DNA of 64,000 bases from Diplonema japonicum (taxonomy: Eukaryota > Protista > Euglenozoa: Diplonemea): contig OZ025713.1 of assembly GCA_964019335.1 (NCBI GenBank), positions 434,001-498,000 of the forward strand, written 5' to 3'. Position numbers and translations under genes: made by a program. Positions 1 through 11,414 of this stretch are shown here, one piece after another (within the stretch, counting starts at the first letter, position 1; the number at the start of each line of letters is the position of its first letter). The notes below the pieces were generated by a model that worked only from the letters and a program-made list of their open reading frames with translations, ran no database searches and was not told the DNA's origin.

Positions 1-2
1 GG

Positions 3-656
3 TGCGAAAAACTAGAAACCATCGACTTGAATACGTTGACCAATCTTTCTTCCATTGGTAATCGCTTCTTGTTTGAGTGCAAAAAACTAGAAACCATCGA
101 CTTGAATGCGATGACCAATCTTTCTTCCATTGGTATTGGCTTCTTGTCTTGGTGCGAAAAACTAGAAACCATCAACTTGAATGCGATGACCAATCTTTCT
201 TCTATTGGTCATTACTTCTTGTATGGGTGCGAAAAACTAGAAACCATCGACTTGAATACGTTGACCAATCTTTCTTCCATTGGTGATGGCTTCTTGTCTG
301 GGTGCGAAAAACTAGAAACCATCAACTTGAATGCGATGACCAATCTTTCTTCCATTGGTGATGGCTTCTTGTCTGGGTGCGAAAAACTAGAAACCATCAA
401 CTTGAATGCGATGACCAATCTTTCTTCCATTGGTGATGACTTCTTGTCTGGGTGCGAAAAACTAGAAACCATCGACTTGAATGCGATGACCAATCTTTCT
501 TCCATTGGTCATAACTTCTTGTCTTGGTGCGAAAAACTAGAAACCATCAACTTGAATGCGATGACCAATCTTTCTTCCATTGGTGATGGCTTCTTGGAGG
601 GGTGCGTAAAAGTAGAAACTGTCGACTTGAATTTAAAAAGAAAAGTCGGTGTTTAG
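3..656 (+). CDS. Ubl-LRR (BspA/LRR_5-like) protein, copy 1, 3' part only (5' end outside window)
   Basis: 25-aa repeats LETIDLNAMTNLSSIGxxFLxxCEK; same C-terminus as 7264..8781; one extra DG/SG unit relative to copies 2 and 3. Confidence 0.9.
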   Translation, partial: CEKLETIDLNTLTNLSSIGNRFLFECKKLETIDLNAMTNLSSIGIGFLSWCEKLETINLNAMTNLSSIGHYFLYGCEKLETIDLNTLTNLSSIGDGFLSGCEKLETINLNAMTNLSSIGDGFLSGCEKLETINLNAMTNLSSIGDDFLSGCEKLETIDLNAMTNLSSIGHNFLSWCEKLETINLNAMTNLSSIGDGFLEGCVKVETVDLNLKRKVGV

Positions 657-1118
657 AAGAAGAAGAAAAAAAGAGGGGAAAAAAAAGAAGAAAAAAGAAC
701 ACCCTGGCGCTGAGAAACATCTTTGTGGAAAAACCAACGAAAAGCAATCCAATACCTCGAAGACACCGGGGACCTGCCCCCCTCCGCAACAACTCCACAA
801 CAACCATCTAACCTGCTGAAGTAGCATGCCGATCAGAAGGCGGCTGAGGCACTTGTCATTTAATCAGAATCCCGAGATCCCATCCCTGATCCCCAAATAG
901 AGAGTGTACCATCCTGTTTCTCGAGGAAACAGAGAACCTACCCCCTCCCCACCACAGCACCCGACCAATCAGATGCAGCAGTGTGAAAAAAAAAAAAGCC
1001 CCCCTCTCCCCAAACAAAACAAACAAACAAACAAACAAACATTTCCCCACCCCCGATAACGTATAATTAAAAAAAAATATGGGGGGGGCAGGATACTGAG
1101 GTCCGGCACCCTTAGTAA

Positions 1119-1170
<52 letters not shown>

Positions 1171-1525
1171 GTAAAGTGTTAAACAGCCAGCAAAGCTTGT
1201 GGAAAGAGAACACCAAGAAAAAAAAAGAGAGAGAAAAAAAGACCAGGACACCCCCTCCCCGGTCGTGAGAGGCCTATGGGTGTGGCACGCCATGTCTGAA
1301 ACGTTTAGCTCCCTTGAAGCTCACACCAGTGTGCGAGTTTGGCCCATTTTATTTTGGCACGTTGGCGATGGCTGTGGTGGTCGTCGCAAGAGCGCCTGCA
1401 GGAAGTATTGGACGATAACAGTTAATGGGTTTCGTTTTTCTTCTTTTTTTCTTCTTTTTCTTCTTAGTTTATCACCGTTCTTACTGAGCGCCATTTGACT
1501 TGTCACCTTGATGTTAAAAGATCGA

Positions 1526-1563
<38 letters not shown>

Positions 1564-1788
1564 TGCAGGCCGTTGCTAACCACTTCGTTCTGTTATTTTC
1601 ATTATTCTTTCCGGCGATAGACTGATACGGGCCATGGAAGCAACCTCTGCTTAATTCCTGGTACGTGGGAGGCTCCTCTGAGGATGTCAGTCACCTTTTT
1701 CCCTTTTTTATTCGACTCTCTGTTTTCGTATGCAGTATTTATTCTTTTCCACCCCTTTTTATCTATTTTTTCGCTTCTCTATTCTAAC

Positions 1789-3292
1789 TTAACCATCTAT
1801 CAACGAGCGTCTATATATAGACGATTTGAAAAAAAATCTTTTACGCAAAGGGCTTTCAATGCAATACGGCCCGGCTCTTTCTTGCCGGCGGGGTCCTGGA
1901 AAATATGAAAAATATAAACTAAATGCTGCCCTAACTTAACAAGAAAATGAAAAAATAAAAAAAACGCCAGCCCAAATTTACCCTTAAAAATCACTTCAAA
2001 AAAAGGCGCCTGGAAAGAGGCCGGAAGAGGACGTCATGAGTGATGGCAGCACTGATGGCTCATCCCTATTATGCAATTTTGATACAAACAGTGATTCTGA
2101 CACGAATTCGACCGATTCCGAGTCACAGCAGGGTGATTGGACGGCAAAGCCGGAGCAGTTGGAAGGCATCCGGTTTCGTGAAGATCGGAATCCTTGTGGA
2201 CCCTGTTTTGACATCAAAGGCTCAACGCCATACCATATATTCTCCCAAATGCTCGTCCCAAACTTTATTCGGGTCATAACTTCGAACAATGTGGCAAATG
2301 CGGCTAAAAAAGGTGTCTCCCTGGATCTTGGATATCAAGTCAGATTATTCTGATTACTGGTGCACTGGCTCCACGTTTCTCAACTACACCCCTGGGTACG
2401 CCACCGTCATGTCAAGAGACCGCTTTTTGACTATTCTGGGAAATCTGTGTTTCCACAGCGAAACAAACAAGCGTGCTGACTTCTACCTATCGCCAAGGCC
2501 TCCCGGAGATCATGGATGCCCCAAAGAAGCGAGGCCGCAAGCCCAAGGACGCGCATCCCGTGGGGACACAGTTCCACCAGCACGCGAGCATCCTTTGCAC
2601 CACAACGTGGCATGACATCAAGCCTGTGTGCTTTCTATCGACGTTGGATGTTCCAGTGAAGTCAAATTTGACCGTCCGCCAAAAGAGAATGAAAGCCGGA
2701 AAGGACATCTTGTTCCCACCAAGTGCATATTTACAACACCGCAATGGGCGGAACCGACGCTGGGTGATGCTGTGACAAAACGCCATAAACGCACCCTTAT
2801 GACTTAAAAGTGGCCCCTAAAAGTATTTTCATACTTGTTAGGTAAATCTCTGGCGAATGCTTGGCTTGTTTGGAAAGAAGCCTTGCCCCCCAACACCCTG
2901 AGTACGAACGACAGTGTATTGACGCCTTTCAGAGAGGCAGTCATCGAAGGGCTACTAGGGGAGGCAGTCTAAACAACAGATAAAGTCAACTACAGAGCAG
3001 GCTGCCCCAATACCATGCCCCGAAACACAGAACGAGTGCTCTGAGACCCCAATGCGCCGTGACAGTACCTTCTGGGGCCATTTCCCCGAAAAAGTAGTGC
3101 AACGTGCGGTGCAAGCATTTCAAGTCGAAAAGACCCCTATTTCAGTGTTCAGCCTGCTTGGTACAACTTTGCGTGACTCCGTGCTTCAAAGACTGCCACC
3201 TTGCCGGGGATACCCCCAGAAACCCCTCCCGGGGTCAAAAAAGAAGTCCCCCAGCCCTGGGGCACGTACGAACCGCGTCAAGAAGGCCTTAA
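1789..3292 (+). mobile_element. Decayed piggyBac transposon relic A (copy 1)
   Basis: Starts TTAA-CC with palindrome CGTCTATATATAGACG. Frameshifted fragments: acidic N-terminus, DYW..., MSRDRFLTILGNLCF, WHDIKPVCFLST, KWPLKVF, and Cys-rich CSAC..LCVTPCFKDCH. Right end uncertain. Confidence 0.8.
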
Positions 3293-4392
3293 ATAGCTTT
3301 TTATAGAATTTTACAGTCGATTCTTTTTGACTTGTTTTTTGTACCCCCTCTCGGGCACTTCAGGAACGATATTTTTGACAATGTTGTGGGGGTGGGCCCT
3401 GCTGTGGGCACCCTCTCTCTAGAATTGGGACATCCCTTAGTAGCCAAAAAAAAAAAAAGTGTAAAGTGTTAAACAGCCAGCAAAGCTTGTGGAAAGAGAA
3501 CACCAAGAAAAAAAAAGAGAGAGAAAAAAAGACCAGGACCACCCCCGATAACGTATAATTAAGAATAAAAATTGTGGGGGGGGAAGGATACTGAGGTCTG
3601 GCACCAGCGGATGAGGATGCGGGAAAGGGGGTTGCACTGCTTTCCCTGCCAAAGCTAGTCGAGGGTGCACACCTTGCGACATATGGGGCCCGACGGCACA
3701 TGGTGACGACAGGAGACCACTTTTCTCCTCGAGCCAAACAGCCCCTTACCTTGCATGACTCCATGTAATGTTCCTCGCCCAGATGCCGTCCATCTCATCA
3801 CGACAAACAGCCACCGCAGGCACCAGACAGCAACCGCAGTACGGTGACCGATTAGTGTGGATTTCTACTTGAACAGTGAACACTCCCCTATGTGCACTGA
3901 AGCTTTATCGATTTTTTTAATTTTTTTTATTTGCTTCCAAGCTTTCTCTTGAAACTTTTGATTGTTACCTCAAGTTAGTTACCGTTCTTACTGAGCGCCG
4001 TTTGACTTTGTCACCTTGATGTTAAAAGATCGACTTTTTTTTTCTTCTTCTTTTTTTTATTTTTTATTTTCTTCTGATGACCGTGGTGGTCGAGCTTTCT
4101 TTACCTCTCCACTTTCGGGGCGAAGTTTAACAAGGGTGACCGCTGTGTCACATTCCGCATGGCACCACTAAAATCGAGTCCCCCCTCCCCCTTCTTCTTC
4201 TTTTTTTTTCTTTTTTTTTTTTTTCCAGTGTGTCTTCTCTTTTTGTTGTTCTTCTTTCACAAGCATTATTATTGTGCGCCTGTGGTGTGGGTTTACCTTC
4301 AACATGAATACAAGGGGGGGGGGGGGGGGGGGGAAGAAGAAGAAAAAAAATGGCGCCGGTGGGAGCATCAACGCCAACACAGTGCAAGTACC

Positions 4393-4638
4393 TGCCGATT
4401 TGGCAGGTTCGAAGCTCTGTGCCGGAGGTACCGCATCGTGATCGGCGAGACGTCGGCTCCGTCACAGGTGGGTAGAGTCTTGGGTCTGGAGTTCGACCTC
4501 CAATGCAAGAGATGGAGGATGTGCAGCAAGTGGATCGAAGCCCTGAAACCGGTACTGGAGGACTTCGTGTTTGACAGACCCCTACAGCTTCGGAGGTGGT
4601 GGAGGCTCTGCGGTCTTGTACTTTGGCATCAGAGGATA
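4393..4638 (+). mobile_element. Possible fragment of a tyrosine-recombinase retrotransposon (DIRS/VIPER/TATE-type) RT; copies at 12515-12760 and 20795-21040
   Basis: FEALCRRYRIVIGETSAPSQVGRVLGLEFDLQCKRWRM...LRRWWRLCGLVLW resembles the RT C-terminal LG..D motif and thumb; recognised by eye only. Confidence 0.45.
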
Positions 4639-5451
4639 ATGGAAGAGTCGGAGCTAAGCCGGGAGAAGAAGAACAAAATGCTCGTATTTTTCAAGGGGCT
4701 GTTGGTGGCTCTCCTGCGGTGCAAACCGCGCAACCCCATCAGCTTCTGTGAGAAGTACGTTGAAGAAAAAGTAGAAGGCGACGAACTAGAAACCAGCCTG
4801 TGCAGAAGCTGGAGGGGAGACTTCAACACCTACGACTTCACCAGAGACACCTCAGACGTGTTCCAAGTAAATAACCGAGATGTCTATGGGGAGTACGAGA
4901 CTATTAGAAAAACCCTCGACTTCAACTACCACGGTAACTACTCAAAAACCCGACAAGCAGTCCAAGACATAGCGGTCTCCGACGTTGTCCTGGGCGGTGA
5001 ACTCAAATCCGAACCCTGGCTCGTCTACACAGCAGGAGCAATGGGGGCTGGGAAGTCCCATGTTATCAGGTGGATGTCCGACCACGGGTATTTCCCACTA
5101 CCGGACATCGTTCAAATAGACCCCGATCGGTTCAAAGAAATGCTCCCAGAATGGCAGGGCTACATGGAGCATGACCCCATGCAAGCTGGGGGTAGAATGC
5201 GCAAGGAATCCGGGTATCTAGTTGAAATCGCACAGCACAAGGCAATGGACATGGGCAAGAACGTGTGGGTGGACGGGTCCCTGCCCAGAGCACTGGCTAG
5301 GGTTGAGCTGCACACCACATGCATTAAGGACACAACGTGGAACGCAAACGCGGCCGAGGTGCACCCTGTCACTGGTCTCCTTTACCTCTTTTATTGTTGC
5401 GTGGTTTATTTTGTCTTGAAACTACATTTCGCGTTAAAATTTTTGTTTTAA
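4639..5451 (+). pseudogene. 3'-truncated chimeric copy of the RIIa-Zeta kinase-glutaredoxin gene (copy 1)
   Basis: Identical to 21041.. up to VDGSL (5284), then reads into repeat sequence across the duplication junction. Confidence 0.85.
5285..5345 (-). repeat. Fragment of a dispersed repeat at the amplification junction (copy at 13407-13467)
   Basis: Reverse complement matches TGTCCTTAATG...CAGCTCAACCCTAGCCAG at 40830-40880, 41210-41260 and 30915-30960. Confidence 0.8.
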
Positions 5452-5475
5452 TTGAAACCGGCAGGGTTGGCTTAA

Positions 5476-6600
5476 AATGAAATCAGATGGTCAAAATAGC
5501 AGCGAAAACGTGAGTCTCCCCCGACTGGTCAGATAAAGAGGAAAAAGACGATGAGGCGGTCAAAGAGGGGCCGGAAACGATGCTTGGGTGGGAGAAATAC
5601 TCCCAAAGGCCTGAAACATATCATTTCCGTGAAAAGGTGGGCTTAGGACACCTCTAGGTGAAGCGGCCAATGAGGAGGGTGTTTTTAATCTTTTTTTGTT
5701 ACACACGCTCATAGTTTCTTCCACGAACGGTCGTTTCGGTTCAAAAAAACAGCGGAATCTGAATCTTTCCATCCCAGAGTACAAAATTTGGCTTGGGTTG
5801 GTCCTGTTAATGGGTTTACACCCGGCACCGAATATGAAAAGCTACTGGGCAACAGATTCTATTTTAGCCATCCCGGCTTTTGAGAAAATGAGCAAACCGA
5901 TTCGTTGACATACAGCGCTACCTCACCTTTGACAACCTGGAAAACATCAGTAAGGCTTGAAACTGCGCCTCATGCACAGGTTTCTTGACATCATTGTCAA
6001 CCGGTGTAGGACTGTGCGGACCCCTGGCAAGTGGTTGTCTGTTGACGACAGTGTTATCCCGACAACAATAAAAGTCATGGCACCACGAAAAAAAACAACT
6101 CGGTGGGCATCAAGGTAATCGCTACATGCGACTCATAAAACGGTTACCTGGCGAATTTCAACATTTTCAGCAAGAAGTCCACAACACAGGACCTAGTCAT
6201 GCATACTGTCGACTCCTATGGGTTTGCTGTCGACCCCTGACCGGCAAGACCAGCTCCAGGGGACTGGAGTTTGGCATATGAAAACCCGGAAGTAGTCGTT
6301 ATTTATTGGGTTCTGGAAAGCTGTGTTGCCAACTCCTCCATAATCTGGAAGAAGAGCAGGGAATGTGGCAAAAATTATGGCTTCCCGAGCTTCAAAGAAG
6401 AACTTGTTGGCAAGCTTCTCACCCATGCCAGGTGCAAACGTGGTGCCCCTGTTGCAACCCCCCCTTATGCAAAACGTGTTTTTTACCCTTGCATGCTACC
6501 CCAGCTGGAAAAAAAACTCACAAGTTGCTTTTTTCATCCCACAGCCCCAAAAAGTCTCCAGACTGACCTCAATCCTAGAGTTCAGGGCACCAAATAGGGC
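5476..6600 (+). mobile_element. Decayed piggyBac transposase relic B (copy 1)
   Basis: Fragments EYKIWLGLVLLMGL..SYWATD, PGKWLSVDDSVIP, WGIKVIATCDS, VIYWVLESCVANSSIIW..FKEELVGKLL, with stops and frameshifts. Confidence 0.75.
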
Positions 6601-6799
6601 TGAATGCTGCCTTTTTTAGCCCAGCCATAACTCCACGGACCCCCCACGACAAGACCCCCCAAAATCGGACATAAAAAGTACACCCTCAACCCCCCTCTTA
6701 CACACATAGTTAAGTGTTCTCATCTGAATCTGGCACCTGGAATTGAAAATTTTAGTACCGTTTACCCTTTCCTTGCACCTTCCTATGGTTGCATGCTGC

Positions 6800-7080
6800 C
6801 CTTTTTTTTGAGTATTTAAAGCAACAACGAATGTGTCCTACCATCGCAGCACCCACCTTCTCACGGAGGTGATGCCGTTGATCGGCGATCTCATCTACGG
6901 CAACAACGGGCGGAGGTGGGCCGCCTGAGGCACAGGTTGTTCTTCTCACACCACCCGCGCGCCCACTCGTAGCCCAGGTCGTCGTCCGTGAGCTGCTGGC
7001 AGGAGATTGCAAGCCCTTGGGCGAGGCTTGAAACCCTGCGGTAGCTCAACGGGGCGCCGGCCTGTATCTGCTCCTTCACT
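6800..7080 (-). mobile_element. pogo/Tigger-like (CENP-B HTH) transposase fragment (copy 1)
   Basis: LSYRRVSSLAQGL...GYEWARGWCEKNNLCLRRPT resembles the CENP-B-type HTH (W...F..R..L.LR..T). Confidence 0.55.
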
Positions 7081-7263
7081 GTTTCCCGCGGAGCAGCCTG
7101 TCTGTCTCACTTCAGGTTTAGGTTTTAGGTTTTTTTATTTTCTAGAGGTTCTTCTTCTTCATTTGACTCCTGCAGCCTTCGAGACAAAGCACGCAGGGAA
7201 AATACATTAGAAAAAAAGAAAAAGAAAGAAAAAAAAAAAAAAAAAAAACAATATTAAAAGAAC

Positions 7264-8781
7264 ATGAATGGAAAGAGAGAGGGATCAGGTGAAGAGGTGA
7301 ACGATATGACAGTGTTCGCGAAGACGGGAGGCGGGGTTCACGATGTGGAAGTGTCGGGGAAGGAGACGGTGGGGATCCTGTACAAGAAGGCGGGGTGTGC
7401 TGCTGGTTTACTCGAAGGCAAGTTCGAACTGGTTTGGGAGGGAGAGGTCCTGGACAGGAACGGGGGTGAAGATATCCAGGAACTCGGGCTCGTGGAGGGC
7501 AGCGTGGTCCATGTGGAGGCGAAGAAGATGAGAACCGTTCAGCTGGAGGAGCTTGAGAGCTCAGAAGTGGTTTCAGAGCTTGAGGAGCTTGTGACAGCTG
7601 TCCCTGAGCTGGTTCTGGTGGTGGAGGTGGGGAACTCGCCAGCTGTCGAAGTCTTGTCCATGAAGACGACGGTCCTTCCTTCCGGACTTCGGTTCCTCGT
7701 TGTCACCGACTCCACAGGCTGTGTTACAAGGATAGGCTCTGGGTTTCTTCAAGAGTGCGACCACCTGACGTCTGTTGATCTCATCCTCCCCAATGTTTCC
7801 ACCATTGATGATTTCTTTTTATATGAGTGCAAAAATCTAGAAACCATCAACTTGAATGCGATGACCAATCTTTCTTCTATTGGTCATTACTTCTTGTATG
7901 GGTGCGAAAAACTAGAAACCATCGACTTGAATGCGATGACCAATCTTTCTTCTATTGGTGATAGCTTCTTGCATGGGTGCGTAAAACTAGAAACCATCAA
8001 CTTGAATGCGATGACCAATCTTTCTTCCATTGGTCATTGCTTCTTGTATGGGTGCGAAAAACTAGAAACCATCGACTTGAATACGTTGACCAATCTTTCT
8101 TCCATTGGTCATAACTTCTTGTCTTGGTGCGAAAAACTAGAAACCATCAACTTGAATGCGATGACCAATCTTTCTTCCATTGGTCATTGCTTCTTGTATG
8201 GGTGCGAAAAACTAGAAACCATCGACTTGAATACGTTGACCAATCTTTCTTCCATTGGTAATCGCTTCTTGTTTGAGTGCAAAAAACTAGAAACCATCGA
8301 CTTGAATGCGATGACCAATCTTTCTTCCATTGGTATTGGCTTCTTGTCTTGGTGCGAAAAACTAGAAACCATCAACTTGAATGCGATGACCAATCTTTCT
8401 TCTATTGGTCATTACTTCTTGTATGGGTGCGAAAAACTAGAAACCATCGACTTGAATACGTTGACCAATCTTTCTTCCATTGGTGATGGCTTCTTGTCTG
8501 GGTGCGAAAAACTAGAAACCATCAACTTGAATGCGATGACCAATCTTTCTTCCATTGGTGATGACTTCTTGTCTGGGTGCGAAAAACTAGAAACCATCGA
8601 CTTGAATGCGATGACCAATCTTTCTTCCATTGGTCATAACTTCTTGTCTTGGTGCGAAAAACTAGAAACCATCAACTTGAATGCGATGACCAATCTTTCT
8701 TCCATTGGTGATGGCTTCTTGGAGGGGTGCGTAAAAGTAGAAACTGTCGACTTGAATTTAAAAAGAAAAGTCGGTGTTTAG
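7264..8781 (+). CDS. Ubiquitin-like domain + BspA-type LRR protein, copy 2 (12 near-identical 25-aa repeats)
   Basis: N-terminal Ubl (MTVFAKTGGGVHDVEVSGKETVGILYKK..FELVWEGEVL..IQELGLVEGSVVHV), linker, then LRR array; no signal peptide or TM segment. Confidence 0.9.
   Translation: MNGKREGSGEEVNDMTVFAKTGGGVHDVEVSGKETVGILYKKAGCAAGLLEGKFELVWEGEVLDRNGGEDIQELGLVEGSVVHVEAKKMRTVQLEELESSEVVSELEELVTAVPELVLVVEVGNSPAVEVLSMKTTVLPSGLRFLVVTDSTGCVTRIGSGFLQECDHLTSVDLILPNVSTIDDFFLYECKNLETINLNAMTNLSSIGHYFLYGCEKLETIDLNAMTNLSSIGDSFLHGCVKLETINLNAMTNLSSIGHCFLYGCEKLETIDLNTLTNLSSIGHNFLSWCEKLETINLNAMTNLSSIGHCFLYGCEKLETIDLNTLTNLSSIGNRFLFECKKLETIDLNAMTNLSSIGIGFLSWCEKLETINLNAMTNLSSIGHYFLYGCEKLETIDLNTLTNLSSIGDGFLSGCEKLETINLNAMTNLSSIGDDFLSGCEKLETIDLNAMTNLSSIGHNFLSWCEKLETINLNAMTNLSSIGDGFLEGCVKVETVDLNLKRKVGV
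7831..8757 (+). repeat. 75-bp coding tandem repeat array (12 units)
   Basis: Unit AAACTAGAAACCATC(G/A)ACTTGAAT(GCGA/ACGT)TGACCAATCTTTCTTC(C/T)ATTGGT-nntnnc-TTCTTG-nntnng-TGCnnA. Confidence 0.97.
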
Positions 8782-9243
8782 AAGAAGAAGAAAAAAAGAG
8801 GGGAAAAAAAAGAAGAAAAAAGAACACCCTGGCGCTGAGAAACATCTTTGTGGAAAAACCAACGAAAAGCAATCCAATACCTCGAAGACACCGGGGACCT
8901 GCCCCCCTCCGCAACAACTCCACAACAACCATCTAACCTGCTGAAGTAGCATGCCGATCAGAAGGCGGCTGAGGCACTTGTCATTTAATCAGAATCCCGA
9001 GATCCCATCCCTGATCCCCAAATAGAGAGTGTACCATCCTGTTTCTCGAGGAAACAGAGAACCTACCCCCTCCCCACCACAGCACCCGACCAATCAGATG
9101 CAGCAGTGTGAAAAAAAAAAAAGCCCCCCTCTCCCCAAACAAAACAAACAAACAAACAAACAAACATTTCCCCACCCCCGATAACGTATAATTAAAAAAA
9201 AATATGGGGGGGGCAGGATACTGAGGTCCGGCACCCTTAGTAA

Positions 9244-9294
<51 letters not shown>

Positions 9295-9649
9295 GTAAAG
9301 TGTTAAACAGCCAGCAAAGCTTGTGGAAAGAGAACACCAAGAAAAAAAAAGAGAGAGAAAAAAAGACCAGGACACCCCCTCCCCGGTCGTGAGAGGCCTA
9401 TGGGTGTGGCACGCCATGTCTGAAACGTTTAGCTCCCTTGAAGCTCACACCAGTGTGCGAGTTTGGCCCATTTTATTTTGGCACGTTGGCGATGGCTGTG
9501 GTGGTCGTCGCAAGAGCGCCTGCAGGAAGTATTGGACGATAACAGTTAATGGGTTTCGTTTTTCTTCTTTTTTTCTTCTTTTTCTTCTTAGTTTATCACC
9601 GTTCTTACTGAGCGCCATTTGACTTGTCACCTTGATGTTAAAAGATCGA

Positions 9650-9685
<36 letters not shown>

Positions 9686-9910
9686 TGCAGGCCGTTGCTA
9701 ACCACTTCGTTCTGTTATTTTCATTATTCTTTCCGGCGATAGACTGATACGGGCCATGGAAGCAACCTCTGCTTAATTCCTGGTACGTGGGAGGCTCCTC
9801 TGAGGATGTCAGTCACCTTTTTCCCTTTTTTATTCGACTCTCTGTTTTCGTATGCAGTATTTATTCTTTTCCACCCCTTTTTATCTATTTTTTCGCTTCT
9901 CTATTCTAAC

Positions 9911-11414
9911 TTAACCATCTATCAACGAGCGTCTATATATAGACGATTTGAAAAAAAATCTTTTACGCAAAGGGCTTTCAATGCAATACGGCCCGGCTCT
10001 TTCTTGCCGGCGGGGTCCTGGAAAATATGAAAAATATAAACTAAATGCTGCCCTAACTTAACAAGAAAATGAAAAAATAAAAAAAACGCCAGCCCAAATT
10101 TACCCTTAAAAATCACTTCAAAAAAAGGCGCCCGGAAAGAGGCCGGAAGAGGACGTCATGAGTGATGGCAGCACTGATGGCTCATCCCTATTATGCAATT
10201 TTGATACAAACAGTGATTCTGACACGAATTCGACCGATTCCGAGTCACAGCAGGGTGATTGGACGGCAAAGCCGGAGCAGTTGGAAGGCATCCGGTTTCG
10301 TGAAGATCGGAATCCTTGTGGACCCTGTTTTGACATCAAAGGCTCAACGCCATACCATATATTCTCCCAAATGCTCGTCCCAAACTTTATTCGGGTCATA
10401 ACTTCGAACAATGTGGCAAATGCGGCTAAAAAAGGTGTCTCCCTGGATCTTGGATATCAAGTCAGATTATTCTGATTACTGGTGCACTGGCTCCACGTTT
10501 CTCAACTACACCCCTGGGTACGCCACCGTCATGTCAAGAGACCGCTTTTTGACTATTCTGGGAAATCTGTGTTTCCACAGCGAAACAAACAAGCGTGCTG
10601 ACTTCTACCTATCGCCAAGGCCTCCCGGAGATCATGGATGCCCCAAAGAAGCGAGGCCGCAAGCCCAAGGACGCGCATCCCGTGGGGACACAGTTCCACC
10701 AGCACGCGAGCATCCTTTGCACCACAACGTGGCATGACATCAAGCCTGTGTGCTTTCTATCGACGTTGGATGTTCCAGTGAAGTCAAATTTGACCGTCCG
10801 CCAAAAGAGAATGAAAGCCGGAAAGGACATCTTGTTCCCACCAAGTGCATATTTACAACACCGCAATGGGCGGAACCGACGCTGGGTGATGCTGTGACAA
10901 AACGCCATAAACGCACCCTTATGACTTAAAAGTGGCCCCTAAAAGTATTTTCGTACTTGTTAGGTAAATCTCTGGCGAATGCTTGGCTTGTTTGGAAAGA
11001 AGCCTTGCCCCCCAACACCCTGAGTACGAACGACAGTGTATTGACGCCTTTCAGAGAGGCAGTCATCGAAGGGCTACTAGGGGAGGCAGTCTAAACAACA
11101 GATAAAGTCAACTACAGAGCAGGCTGCCCCAATACCATGCCCCGAAACACAGAACGAGTGCTCTGAGACCCCAATGCGCCGTGACAGTACCTTCTGGGGC
11201 CATTTCCCCGAAAAAGTAGTGCAACGTGCGGTGCAAGCATTTCAAGTCGAAAAGACCCCTATTTCAGTGTTCAGCCTGCTTGGTACAACTTTGCGTGACT
11301 CCGTGCTTCAAAGACTGCCACCTTGCCGGGGATACCCCCAGAAACCCCTCCCGGGGTCAAAAAAGAAGTCCCCCAGCCCTGGGGCACGTACGAACCGCGT
11401 CAAGAAGGCCTTAA
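9911..11414 (+). mobile_element. piggyBac relic A (copy 2)
   Basis: Near-identical to 1789-3292. Confidence 0.8.

Noticed and set aside
547-1994. Numerous short K/F-rich ORFs here and throughout the intergenic DNA
   Set aside because: Products of poly(A)/poly(T) tracts or antisense shadows of real genes.
7831-8757. CRISPR array or DGR variable region (NNT/NNC codons resemble AAY mutagenesis)
   Set aside because: The repeats are in-frame coding units without unique spacers or cas genes. No AAY-rich template repeat or DGR-type RT is visible, and many adenines are invariant. Selection plus homogenisation is sufficient.
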